Shown here: one piece after another, positions 1-9,217 of the stretch
Layout: every line of letters starts with the position of its first letter
Position numbering within the stretch: the first letter of the stretch is position 1
Assembly: GCF_006345805.1 (NCBI RefSeq)
Contig: NW_021826369.1
Location: 1 to 13,051, forward strand
Length of the DNA stretch: 13,051 nucleotides
Direction of reading: 5' to 3'
Source: Octopus sinensis
Lineage: Eukaryota
The notes under the pieces: generated by a model
Databases searched by the model: none
The model's input: only the letters and a program-made list of their open reading frames with translations
What the model was told of the DNA's origin: nothing
Position numbers and translations under genes: made by a program

Positions 1-643
1 AAATCTTCAGAAATTTTAAATCCGAAGTGACACCTCTAATGCATACGACCATTTGTTCGGTATCAGAGATATTTACTCGTGTCGACAGCAAAAGAATGAT
101 ATAAAAAATCTTTCGATGTTCTATAAAAATTATTTTTAATAGTAAAGAACTTGATTAGCTGACGGGCAAGGTCCTCAAAAATACATTCTATTCTTCTTGT
201 AATAGTATCATTACTTAATGGTAATCGTTTTGCAATATTTTGTATATTTGACGGACAACATTCATCACAAAAAATGAAATATAGCAGTTTTAATAATTTC
301 TCCGTCAGAATAAGGTTTCATATTTACAGCAAGAAGGTGGCTAATTTTATAAGACGTTAATAACTGATGCTTATTTTCCACTGGTTTAAATATTGAGGAC
401 TGATTTTTAAATGACGTCTTTAATATATTGAGTTTTTTTTTCCTTGACTCTCCGAGATATAAATGTATATTTCGGAGTGCTTCTTATAATGACGTTCATA
501 GTATAATTTTTCAATGAATTAATGACACAGTTGCATATCAAAAACAGCTTTACCATTCAGTTCAACGAAAAAAACTTTTCTTCCCATTCAATTTGAAATT
601 CTCTATTTTCTTGAGATAATGTTCGATATTTCTTTGATGGCAT
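1..643 (-). pseudogene. Degenerate hAT transposase, N-terminal part (GTF2IRD2/EPM2AIP1-like)
   Basis: Manual translation from ATG 643 across several frameshifts: MPSKKYRTLSQENREFQIEWEEKFFFVELNGKAVLIC..LKNYTM/RHYKKH..LGESRKKKLNILKTSFKNQSSIF..SYKISHLLAVNMKPYSDGEIIK..LPLSNDTITRRIE..SFAVD../SDTEQMVVCIRGV. This covers a decayed BED-type zinc finger and the first catalytic Asp (codon at 83-81). Confidence 0.88.
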
Positions 644-776
644 GAAAAATACTCAACCTGAAATATATTTACAAACACGTGTAGTTAAAATATTATCTTT
701 AATAATATTAATTTACAATTAATTTTATATCCAAAATTTATTTTAAAGTTTGGAAGTCGGGGCCGCAAAAAAGATT

Positions 777-800
777 CTCGGGGCCGCATGCGGCCCCGAG
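777..800. repeat. Perfect 24-bp palindrome CTCGGGGCCGCATGCGGCCCCGAG in the hAT subterminal region
   Basis: The sequence equals its own reverse complement. It lies 21 bp inside the hAT terminus. Confidence 0.95.
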
Positions 801-1201
801 GGCCGCACTTGAGAACCCCTGATTTATACCAAACGGATGTAAAATAAACATGAAGTTTTCCGAGGAACAAATACCTTTAAAGATAATTTATTTTGTTAAG
901 GAACAACTATTACAGCAAATAATGCCTCGTGTCAGATATGTAAAACTATGAGCCAAGAGTTTATTAACACTAACAAAGATATAGTATTTGGTTGGGTTAT
1001 TGACAGTTTAGAAAAGACTGAAAAAAATTGTTAAGTTGTTCAAAACTCGACATTTTTATTAATAAGCCAAAAATAAAAATTTTAATTAAAAAATTTTCTT
1101 AAAAATATTGGGCCGTCAGGTTTCAAAGCTTTGTATTTATATTTTTGGACATTTTTCGCATTACACCATCAGGTCAATTTTTTTAAAAATTTATTTTCTA
1201 T

Positions 1202-1345
1202 AATGGGTCGTGACAAAAAAGGTTGTCCTGGAGCAGACTAGAACCGTACTTGGAGGAACTTGAAATCTGGTGCAATGGTAAATGCTTGAATCTCGCTCGG
1301 GACAAAAGTACCATTTGTTGGATTTCAATGGGTCGTGACAAAAAA
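1202..1345 (+). repeat. 19-bp direct repeat AATGGGTCGTGACAAAAAA at 1202-1220 and 1327-1345
   Basis: Exact match seen in the sequence. The first copy sits at the LINE 5' junction; the second is in the coding region (ISMGRDKK). Confidence 0.95.
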
Positions 1346-1870
1346 CCGACTTTCGAGGATTATGGGAACCTGATTATATCGAAGAACCTACGTTACCTGG
1401 GAGTAACTATAGACCCCACCGGGTCATACAAACCCCATGTGCATGCAAAGCGGAAACAAAGAGCGAAAATCCTAAAAGGACTGAGGCGTTTTTGTCTAAG
1501 CGCAGAAACGTTTCTACACATCTACCAGACTTGTGTTCAGCCACTAATAATCTATGGTTCGGAGGGCTGGTACCAAACTGATGAAAGGGACCTTCTAATC
1601 GCCAAACTCGAAAAAACCAGACGATTTGCCATCAAACTGGCATTCGGCCTGGAGCTCAGCAGTCCGCTGGAGGACCTGCATGAGCGGAGTGTTGACACGA
1701 TAGACGCGATCCTGGCAAAAACTCGAATTCGCTGAGGGAGATAAGACAGTCTCCCGGGGCAAAACAGAAGTTGAGACCTTCGTGGCTCTCGTTATCAAGC
1801 CCCCCAAGCTCTAATTCCTCGGCCACTTTTCTTTTGGAGCTATTGTATTAAATAAACCATATTCTTCTTC
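1204..1870 (+). mobile_element. 5'-truncated non-LTR retrotransposon (LINE; CR1/L2/Jockey/RTE-type, clade unresolved)
   Basis: Perfect 12-bp TSD TATTTTCTATAA at 1192-1203 and 1871-1882. The insert contains an RT C-terminal ORF, a 3' UTR hairpin GGGAGA-N8-TCTCCC (1736-1755), AATAAA at 1851-1856 and a short (TTC)3 tail. Confidence 0.88.
1223..1735 (+). pseudogene. Reverse transcriptase C-terminal fragment (domain 7 plus thumb)
   Basis: LRYLGVTID (the YLG motif of RT domain 7) followed by LHIYQTCVQPLIIYGSEGW, a typical LINE thumb motif. The YxDD catalytic region is lost by 5' truncation. Confidence 0.85.
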
Positions 1871-2023
1871 TATTTTCTATAACTGGAATTTGATTTTTTA
1901 TTAACTTAACCCCATTCACCCCGAAATTTGTAATTTGTCATTTCACAATTGAAATAGATCAATAAAACTTATATTTAATCACTGAGCAGGAGTATATTTG
2001 TTGTAAATAATATAATTGAATTA

Positions 2024-3020
2024 CAGTAAAACCTCTGGTGCTCGCCACCTCTGTTACTCGCCACCTCTATTGCTCGCCACATATTTTTCAAAAATTAAAA
2101 ATTTCTAGTAAATTTTGATAAATATTCTACTGCTCGCCATTTTCTAAATCTCGCCATTAATTTTAAAAATTTTTTTGGTTAAAACTATTTTTTATATATA
2201 ATATTTCACCACGCTAAATTCAACATGCGTAAGTGCACAAGATTGTCTTTTGATGAAAAACGTCGCTTATTGCGTACACGGAGGAAAAAATCTCACGATG
2301 GACCGTATAGCTTACATTTTTTCTTCTGTTTTGAAGAAAAAATATCTCGAAGGGCTGTGACGATTTAAGACTTGGAAAAGAGAAATATGTCTACTGATCC
2401 TATTTTCTCTAATAAGAAGAGATTATCTTACTTAACTTATTCTGTTATTGACACCGAGAAAATCCACTGGAAGCTCAAAAACTTAACCTTAAAAGACGGT
2501 CTTCTTTTTAACATATTTTGCCTGGAAAAAAGTACGACCAAACAATTACAATTGTTTCGGACATTCAAAGGGATCGAATGTGAAAATCAACTCGAAAGAC
2601 CAACTGTTGAAATTGATAATTATGATCAAATGGTAAATATCTTGAAAATATTGGACCCTATGGATAAAGATGATTTTATTAATCATGAATTTACCGAAAT
2701 AGATGAATTGAAGATTACCTTAATATTGCTTGAGATTCTTTAGAAACCGACACCGTTATTTGAAATATGGCTGAATTAAAAAAAACTATTATATTAAAGA
2801 TTATTTTAGTTAATTTTTCTTTTTAATTTCTTTCGATTCTCTCTGTTTCTTTGCTCAAATATGACTTGGAAGGCTCACTTATGATCGGAAAGTATCGAAA
2901 CCGAGATGTTTTCAAATTTCAAATTCAAAAAATTTATTGATTTATTTCCATTACTCGCCAAATCTATTGCTCGCCATTTTTTCTTCGGCCCGAAAATGGC
3001 GAGCACCAGAGGTTTTACTG
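2024..3020 (+). mobile_element. Non-autonomous pogo/Tigger (Tc1/mariner superfamily) internal-deletion derivative, 997 bp
   Basis: Perfect 24-bp TIRs CAGTAAAACCTCTGGTGCTCGCCA (2024-2047 and 2997-3020) with TA on both sides (2022-2023, 3021-3022). Three tandem 16-bp subterminal units lie at 2032-2079, with more copies at 2126-2156 and 2951-2976. Confidence 0.95.
2225..2743 (+). pseudogene. pogo/CENP-B-like transposase remnant (N-terminal HTH joined to the C-terminal tail; most of the DDE core deleted)
   Basis: Across frameshifts and a stop: MRKCTRLSFDEKRRLL/YTEEKNLTMDRIAYIFSSVLKKKISRRAVT (psq-type HTH), KKRLSYLTYSVID (start of the CENP-B HTH), then KNLTLKDGLLF/FAWKKVRP..NCFGH (pogo post-DDE AW..V..I.NCF motif) and an acidic tail. 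Confidence 0.75.
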
Positions 3021-3167
3021 TACGTTTTCCTCGTCTGCGGGCTACGACGGTCTCGGATTTTCGTAATGTTAGTGCAATAACGCAGTAAAGATTGACTGTG
3101 ACACAAATGACGATATGAATGATTAATGTTAGAATAATTAAATAAATGGTGAAGCGTTCATTTCCAC

Positions 3168-3619
3168 TCATCGGATGAGTGCTTTGGTTTGTCTAATGAT
3201 ATAATCCTTGGATGGGTCGTAGGGACAGTCTTTGCTGGGGATTTCGAACATGGCCGGGAAGGGAGTGGCAACACCCGAAAGCACATCTCGAATCAAATCG
3301 ACAATCTATAACAAATGACAAGTGAATACTGAATAATGATCATAGCAATGTCCTCTCTGCTGACATACAACATGAAGGAATTCGAAATGAACTTGACGTT
3401 CGTGCCTGGGGAAAGTAAAAAGAGACAATACATTTGTTTGCCACCAAAAAGTTGAAGCCAAACTGCTTTTTAAACTCTCCAATTCCCCCAAGAAGGAATC
3501 CAATGCATTTTTCCTTTATAATGAATATGTGGGATACCTCATCTCCGATTACTGCTATGTGAATCAAATCACTAAAATAATTATTAATTAATTTATTCAC
3601 ATCACTCATGTGGGGTCAT
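3168..3619 (-). CDS. ATP6V1F: V-type proton ATPase subunit F, spliced. Exons 3619-3606, 3571-3538, 3513-3432, 3405-(3330 or 3320), 3305-3168
   Basis: Spliced translation MTPHDDLIHIAVIGDE|EKCIGFLLGGIGEFKKQFGFNFLVANKC|TNVKFISNSFMLYVSREDIAMIII..|IVDLIRDVLSGVATPFPAMFEIPSKDCPYDPSKDYIIRQTKALIR* matches the family motifs IAVIGDE, GFLLGGIGE, RxDIxxIxI and EIPSKxxPYD. GT-AG introns of 34, 24 and 26 nt. The fourth junction is anomalous (see findings). An alternative start at ATG 3609 without intron 1 is possible. Confidence 0.92.
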
Positions 3620-5096
3620 TTTGTACAACCTCGAAGATTTATAGGGTTAATATTCAGTGACTAATCAAAATAGAACCTCTCCGCCTCCGAAATATAACCA
3701 AATGCGAGTGGTGGAAACAGTGACCTTGGGAAGCAGGCAAATGGGACCCCAATACGCCAAAATAATGTCTATTGCTCGCCGATTTGTTTAATTTATTCTT
3801 ATTTTGCTACCAATCCTATTAAAAATGAATTTTTTTCTTAGTTTTTACTAAAATTTTATTTAAAAGTGATTTTATATGTGAGTACAATAGTTCTTGTATT
3901 TTCCAGACATAGCAATCAAGATCCACCTCACCACCTTAACTTAAAAAGCTGAGAAAGAAGAAACCTGTCAGGAATTTGAGCTTTTTTGTTGCAAATGCAG
4001 TGTCATGACCGATGACATCGTTTAGTGTTAATAAAAAACACGTTTTTATTTAATCTTTGAATTTGAAATAAATATTTGGATTCTGATGATTAATTGTTGC
4101 AAAAGATGAATTAAAGCAAAAAATGAATCTCATAGTGGTTGGGAATCTTAGGTTGTGTCCTAGGTGAAAAATGTATTTTGGAATTGAGTTTATCAGGGAA
4201 GAAACATTTATCACTTTATTTAAAATTAATGACTCTGCTTCTAAATATGGAGGCGTAACTACTTAACTGTAATTTTTCCTATCTATACAAAACTGTCGTT
4301 TAATGTCAGCGAATTGGTTAAAATAAAAGAATTTATTTTCAATTGGCGAAAGAAAAGATTTTAATTAGATTTTTGGAACTTATGTGTTATTTCAGGAATT
4401 TTCATTCTTGATTTAATTAGATAACGCCTAATTTAACAGTCATCCCGAAATTATATTCTCGATTACCAAAAAAGTTTACTTTTCGATAGTTTTTTGGGAT
4501 TGATCAGACGGCTTTTGAAGCTTAACCTGTGGGTGTACTGGATCACATGTCTACTGCCAGCTTCAATGCAATCAAATATTTTTGTTTTGGTAGCACTATT
4601 AAATAGGAAATTCCAGTTTGACTATTCCGTATTGAAATTATTATTTGATCTTCTTGCTAGTTTTTAAGAGTGATTTTTTTATTTCTTTCGACAACTCCAC
4701 TTTTAAAATGATTGTAATAAACACTTCCCTGTAAACCTCATAAAAGACAAAGTCGAGGAGATAACGATGGTACCACATCTTATCTGAATACAAAATTTTT
4801 TATAAAAATAAGTTTATAAATCTGAGAGGGCGCCACTTAAAGCAGCTTTACTTTTTTTAAAGACTGAGCCGTAAAAAAACATTTAGGGTTTCCTAGGAAT
4901 CGTTAAACAGGTAAAAGATAAAATTTTCAAATTGTTTTTATTTTTTTTTTATTTTTTATTTTTTAAAGACTGACAGATTTATATAACGAGTCAATATTAA
5001 TTAAAAGGCACTTGCGGTTGCACGCATGATGGAGTGTGCATTCCCGCGAACGACAGCTATTCCAATTTGTTGGAATACCATGACACTTCTCGAGGC

Positions 5097-6132
5097 GGCG
5101 ATATCGTGTTTTAGCGTCTTAAAATCATAAGGGACAATTTTGATTAGAAATCGCAAATAAATTAATATTATTATATTATTTTTTAAAATTATTATAATTA
5201 TCAAAATAATTATTATCTGCAACGCTTTAACAGTATTTTTGAATGATGTATTGTGGAAGGCCGTCTGCATCGACTATTATTGTTAATAATACTCAACCAA
5301 CATATGATTTGTTACTATTTGAATTGAATCACCGAGATTTTGTGGAAATAACAATGACCACGCAAGATACGGTCAATTGGTTGGCTCAATATCAGCTAAT
5401 CAAAAATTCGATGAAATGCGAAAACTGCAGCACGGATTGCCGTCTTCTTTCAGACAAATCCCGACTCGACAAATTAAAGTGGAAATGTAAAACATGCAAT
5501 TTCTCAAAATCGATTCGAGATGGCAGCTTTTTCTCACATAGTCATCTTGAATTGAAGCAAATTTTGGACTATATCTATTTTTGGGCACTCAACTCAGAAA
5601 CGATTATCTGCAGCAAAGAATCTCGATCAGACTTTAAAAAAAACATCAATTGATTGGGGAAACTTTTTACGTGATGTATGCGTAAAGTGGGTCGAGGACC
5701 ATCCTTGTTCTCTCAGTGGAATTAATTCAGAAACTATGTTGCCAATTGTCGTAGAAGTGGATGAAACAAAATTTTTCATCGAAAATACGCAAGAGTACCT
5801 GGCACGAAGGGCATTGGGTTGTTGGTGGAAAGAGAGGGGCAACCCTAGGAATATTTTTCTGGTCGAAGTTCCTGATCGGAGTCGAGACACGTTAATAACT
5901 ATTAATTCTCAGTATCTTTTGTCTTAATAATTCGAATTTTTCACTGTTTTCATGTTTTTACTAAGTTGCTGTAAAAATGTATTTTAAAAAAATTTTAATT
6001 TAGGGTCCACAGTATTGTACATATAATTTAATTATAATAATTTTTAAAAATATATAATAATATTAATTTATTTGCGATTTCTAATCAAAATTGGTCCCTA
6101 TGATTTTAAAGACGCTAAAACACGATATCGCC
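5097..6132 (+). mobile_element. Merlin (IS1595/ISXO2-related) DNA transposon, 1036 bp, non-autonomous, nested in the CRE-like element
   Basis: Perfect 8-bp TSD CTCGAGGC at 5089-5096 and 6133-6140. TIRs of about 104 bp start GGCGATATCGTG (5097-5200 and 6029-6132, a few indels). 5'-GG ends and an 8-bp TSD are Merlin hallmarks. Confidence 0.95.
5297..5927 (+). pseudogene. Merlin/ISXO2-like DDE transposase remnant (frameshifted, 3'-deleted)
   Basis: WLAQYQLIKNSMKCENC..WKCKTC..KSIRDGSFFSHSHL (zinc ribbon); IDWGNFLRDVC; IVVEVDETKF/HRKY (first catalytic D at 5760); FLVEVPDRSRDTL. It ends before the SDG motif. Confidence 0.88.
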
Positions 6133-9041
6133 CTCGAGGCTCCCCACGTCGCCTAGCAACATTTCCTCCGACTTCTCTGATGAAAGAAGTCGTAAGAGGG
6201 CCGGTTACCCCAGAAGTCTCCACAGCGATAGGTACGAAGCGGTACCGTTGTCCAAGATTTGCGTATTTGGCAATTTTTCTTTGCTCTGCAGCATCTGCTG
6301 CAGAACCTGGAGAAACAGCAGAAGAGATCATATTAGTTTTGGAATGGGTGTCAACACACGTTGAATCCCAAACCAACGATTTTCCACAGGAGTAGGGAAA
6401 AGTGGTCATTCCATCGGGTCTTTTCCCATCTCCACGATCTAAGCCCACTGGCTCTAGGATCGAGGGGAAGCCCGCCGACTCAAGAGCTCTTAAGATAACA
6501 TTGTTAATAGCGGAGTGCCGAGGAGCTCGGCCAGCACTTCGTTTGCAAGAGAGTGGGTGTACACCTTTGACGTCAACCATTTTTCCACATCTACAACGAT
6601 GTTGTTCGCAGATGTCAAGTCCGAGTCTCAGTGCAGTACCGATACGCATGCAGTCATCCTCTAATAATGTTCCGAGGCCAGCAATTGGCATAGCATTCAG
6701 CCATGACCCACTGTGTGGCACAGCTGCAGAGCGTAAGCAGGCGAGGCGGTGCTGGTCGAGCCTCATTGCCAGGTTGTCTGCGGTGAATTCGCAGCGTAAT
6801 TTGTCCCAGCTCTGTTGGAGTGATGTTTGGATCGGGAATTTTAATCCTGATTCCTTCCACAGCATACATCCATCTTCAAAAGGCCTGTCCAAAGAAGATT
6901 CGGGGGATTTATGTAGAATCTCCAAGGATAGCCTTCGGCAGGATGAGTGAGAGACAGGAAAGCTGGGAGGGCAAGGTCCAGGGCGGATCTTAGGCCAGCT
7001 CCGCCAGAATTAAGAGGTAGTTTACACTGGGTCCACCCATCATTATCGAAACGGACATTTAGGATCCACTCGGCACACAATCTTAACGTATCATCGATAG
7101 AATGCAATATTTCATCTTGTATAAAGCAGGGCGAGCATCTCAAAAATATAACAGTTTGGGCACGTGGATGCAATTTTTGAGGAGGAAAAAGGCCGTGTGG
7201 GAGTCGAGTAGAGAGAGGCGTTCAGTAAAACGGGACATTTCGACACTCTTAGCTCTGAGGTGGTTTTGCACTTCGGACTCTCCGAAAGGACACCCAAGAA
7301 AATAAACATCGTTGAGGCGTGTTTGTTTTGTGTCTGGCAAGATTTCTGAAATCTTTTCCATTACTAAGCCAAAGTCTTGAATTGGGACTGAGATATTTAT
7401 GATCTCAGTTTTTTTGGTGTTGATTATCAGCCCCATTTTTGCCAGGGCAGGAACAATTTTATATAACTCATCCAAGACGACATCAACAGGGCCACCAATA
7501 GTGGCATCGTCAAGGTACCAAAGGTTGAGAGGTGTCTTTACATTACGAGCCACCTCGTCGATTGACAGAGCGAATAGTAAGGGCCCAAGAGGGTCACCTT
7601 GTTGGACTCCAGTCCGTGAACGGACAATGTGTTTGTCAAAGACAAGCGAACTTTCGGACCCGTAAGCAAGGTGAGCCAGACTCATGATCTCTGGGGTACG
7701 CTGCGAGCACGATTCCAGCATACAGTCCCTTCTCAGACTGTTGAACGCGTTTGAGATATCCAGCTTCACCGCAAAGGAATTTGGGGAATGTCTTGTGTCA
7801 GGTGAAAAAAAAGCTCTTGTCGCGTGGACAGCAGCTTCACATCCGTTGGAAACACCAACTCCCAGTTGGACTGGAGATAATTCAGCGGCAACACGGGGAC
7901 AGACTCTTCGGGCTGCAATTTTGCATGCGAGCCTCCGGAAGACATTACCGACTGCAATGGGGCGGACTCCTCCATCGTTCTTTCGGAAAGCAATAAGGTG
8001 TGAACAGAAAAGTAGATCCCTTGCAAAGCCTGAAATCTCAGCATTGACAATCCGTTCGACAAGCTTGGTAATACACTTGATCAGGCGGATTCCAGTCTCC
8101 ATAGTCAATCGGGAAATCATGTCCTTTATATGACTCGGCCGGAGACCATCAAATCCCCCTGCTACTCGGTCTGAAAGATTTAATCCCTTCCAAAATTTCA
8201 TCATCAGAAATTGACAGTATAATTGCATTGTCTCGTGTGGGAAACTCCCGTAAGTCATCTGGGGGCATCGGATGTTTGTTTTTGAGGTGTTCCAAAGTCT
8301 CGGCAGTAGATTCAGCAAGTGAATCAGCGGACGAAAGGACCCGAACTGCCGCACGGATGTCGCCATCCATGAGTTTACGACTAACTTGGGTTTTGAACCA
8401 CTGGGGGGATTTTTCGTGATGCACGTTTGGAAATTGGTCGCTTCACAATCGAAATCAATCCATGAGACATCCAATCTCGCAGAGTTCGACTTAATGGCAG
8501 CCGAGAGACTCTTCTTTTGTACTGAACCATCAATTGCTTGTCCAACACACAAGGTGCAAAAGAGAGGAGACGGATCCAAGAATGGTCCCCCCCGGAGCTT
8601 AGCGCATCAGTGATAAGATCGCACAAGCAGTTTGCCGCTGAGATCCGAGCATGTTTGGGGATACGTAATGGTATCTTCTTAGATTTCCGTAAATTGGAAA
8701 TTTTGAGAATATAGTGTTCTGATTTGGGTTCATGAAGCGAAGGAGACTGATGCTGCGAAGCCGCGATTCCGAGTAAAGCCATACAACAGTGGCAGCTCCA
8801 GCGCCGGAGTAATTTCACTGCGGCTTTGGTAAGGTTCGCGCAGCTAATATGCCAGAATTTATTACACATTGAACAGTAAACGCCACATTTCCTGGTGTTG
8901 ATCTTATTACACCCATAACAGATAGAGGGATCCCTCCCAACTATCCGAAGAGTTTCCATCGTCTTGGAATCTTCTTCTTTCATTATATTTCGCTCACTCA
9001 CCTCACCACAAGAAGATTGATCCGATTATTGTTTATATTAA

Positions 9042-9063
9042 ATACCAAACAGATACCAAACAG
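9042..9063 (+). repeat. 11-bp tandem duplication (ATACCAAACAG)x2 in the inferred 5' UTR of the CRE-like element
   Basis: Exact copies at 9042-9052 and 9053-9063, plus a partial CAGATAC at 9072-9078. Confidence 0.85.
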
Positions 9064-9207
9064 AAGGCAATCAGATACTACCCGCAAAGGGAATTGAGAA
9101 TCTGTGACCCCTAAGAACTCCTATTGATACACACTTAAAAAGCCGATTGAGCTCGCAGGAATAAATTTTCAAAATTGTAAAATAATAGTGTATAGTTTCC
9201 AACTAGT

Positions 9208-9215
9208 AAAGAAAA
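9208..9215 (-). terminator. Pol III terminator-like T-tract (TTTTCTTT) just 3' of tRNA-Gly
   Basis: T4-C-T3 begins 2 nt after the discriminator base on the minus strand. Confidence 0.7.
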
Positions 9216-9217
9216 TG

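Larger units (their letters stand above)
1..821 (-). mobile_element. hAT DNA transposon (Buster/Charlie/SPIN-like), 5' end; continues beyond the window start
   Basis: The minus strand begins CAGGGGTTCTCAAGTGCGGCCCTCGGGGCCGCATGCGGCCCC at 821, a typical Buster/Charlie terminus with GGCCGC subterminal repeats. The flanking 8-mer 822-829 (ATTTATAC) has the central TA preferred by Buster-group hATs. A transposase remnant follows at 643..1. Confidence 0.88.
5001..8983 (-). pseudogene. CRE-like single-ORF polyprotein of about 980 aa, frameshifted and interrupted by Merlin
   Basis: PHD finger at 8920-8783. RT motifs GGFDGLRPSHI, GGVRPIAVGNVFRRL, KLDISNAFNS, GVQQGDPLGPLLF, WYLDD (YLDD at 7517-7506) and YFLG. 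CRC..HPLSC..RH zinc knuckle; endonuclease KRPDG..WDSTCVDT..KIAKY..PIAVET; C-terminus FQQIGIAVVRGNA..*. Frame changes near 8545, 8405, 8165, 7150, 6945 and 5078 (positions approximate). Confidence 0.92.
4936..9160 (-). mobile_element. Near-full-length CRE-clade-like non-LTR retrotransposon (PHD - RT - CCHC - restriction-like endonuclease), about 3.2 kb without the nested Merlin
   Basis: Coding remnant at 8983..5001 and an A-rich 3' tail (T-tract 4935-4964 on +). Candidate degenerate TSD ATAAAATTTTCAAATTGT (4918-4935) / ATAAATTTTCAAAATTGT (9161-9178). The 5' boundary depends on accepting this TSD. Confidence 0.85.

Noticed and set aside
685-870. 61-aa minus-strand ORF
   Set aside because: It spans the hAT terminus and flanking DNA and is a by-product of the GC-rich palindromic end.
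2875-3171. ORFs 2875-3171 (-) and 2906-3088 (+)
   Set aside because: Both run across the pogo TIR boundary and into the ATP6V1F 3' flank, with no recognisable domain.
3340-3609. ORF-track call of an unspliced 89-aa protein
   Set aside because: It reads through introns and leaves the V-ATPase F frame after NFLVANK; the spliced model fits the family far better.
5097-6132. Bacterial IS1595 contamination or chimeric assembly
   Set aside because: The element has a TSD inside a eukaryotic retrotransposon, lies among intron-containing genes, and has long TIRs typical of eukaryotic Merlin.
6402-8613. Long plus-strand ORFs (6402-6950, 6947-7180, 7399-7665, 7684-8133, 8228-8419, 8386-8613 and others)
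   Set aside because: They are antisense shadows of the GC-richer CRE-like coding region and show no recognisable motifs.
9001-9160. HDV-like self-cleaving ribozyme in the retroelement 5' UTR (common in R2-type elements)
   Set aside because: A CAA-TTCCCT-TTG mini-hairpin exists, but I could not find matching P1, P2 and J4/2 elements by eye. A descriptor or covariance-model search would be needed.
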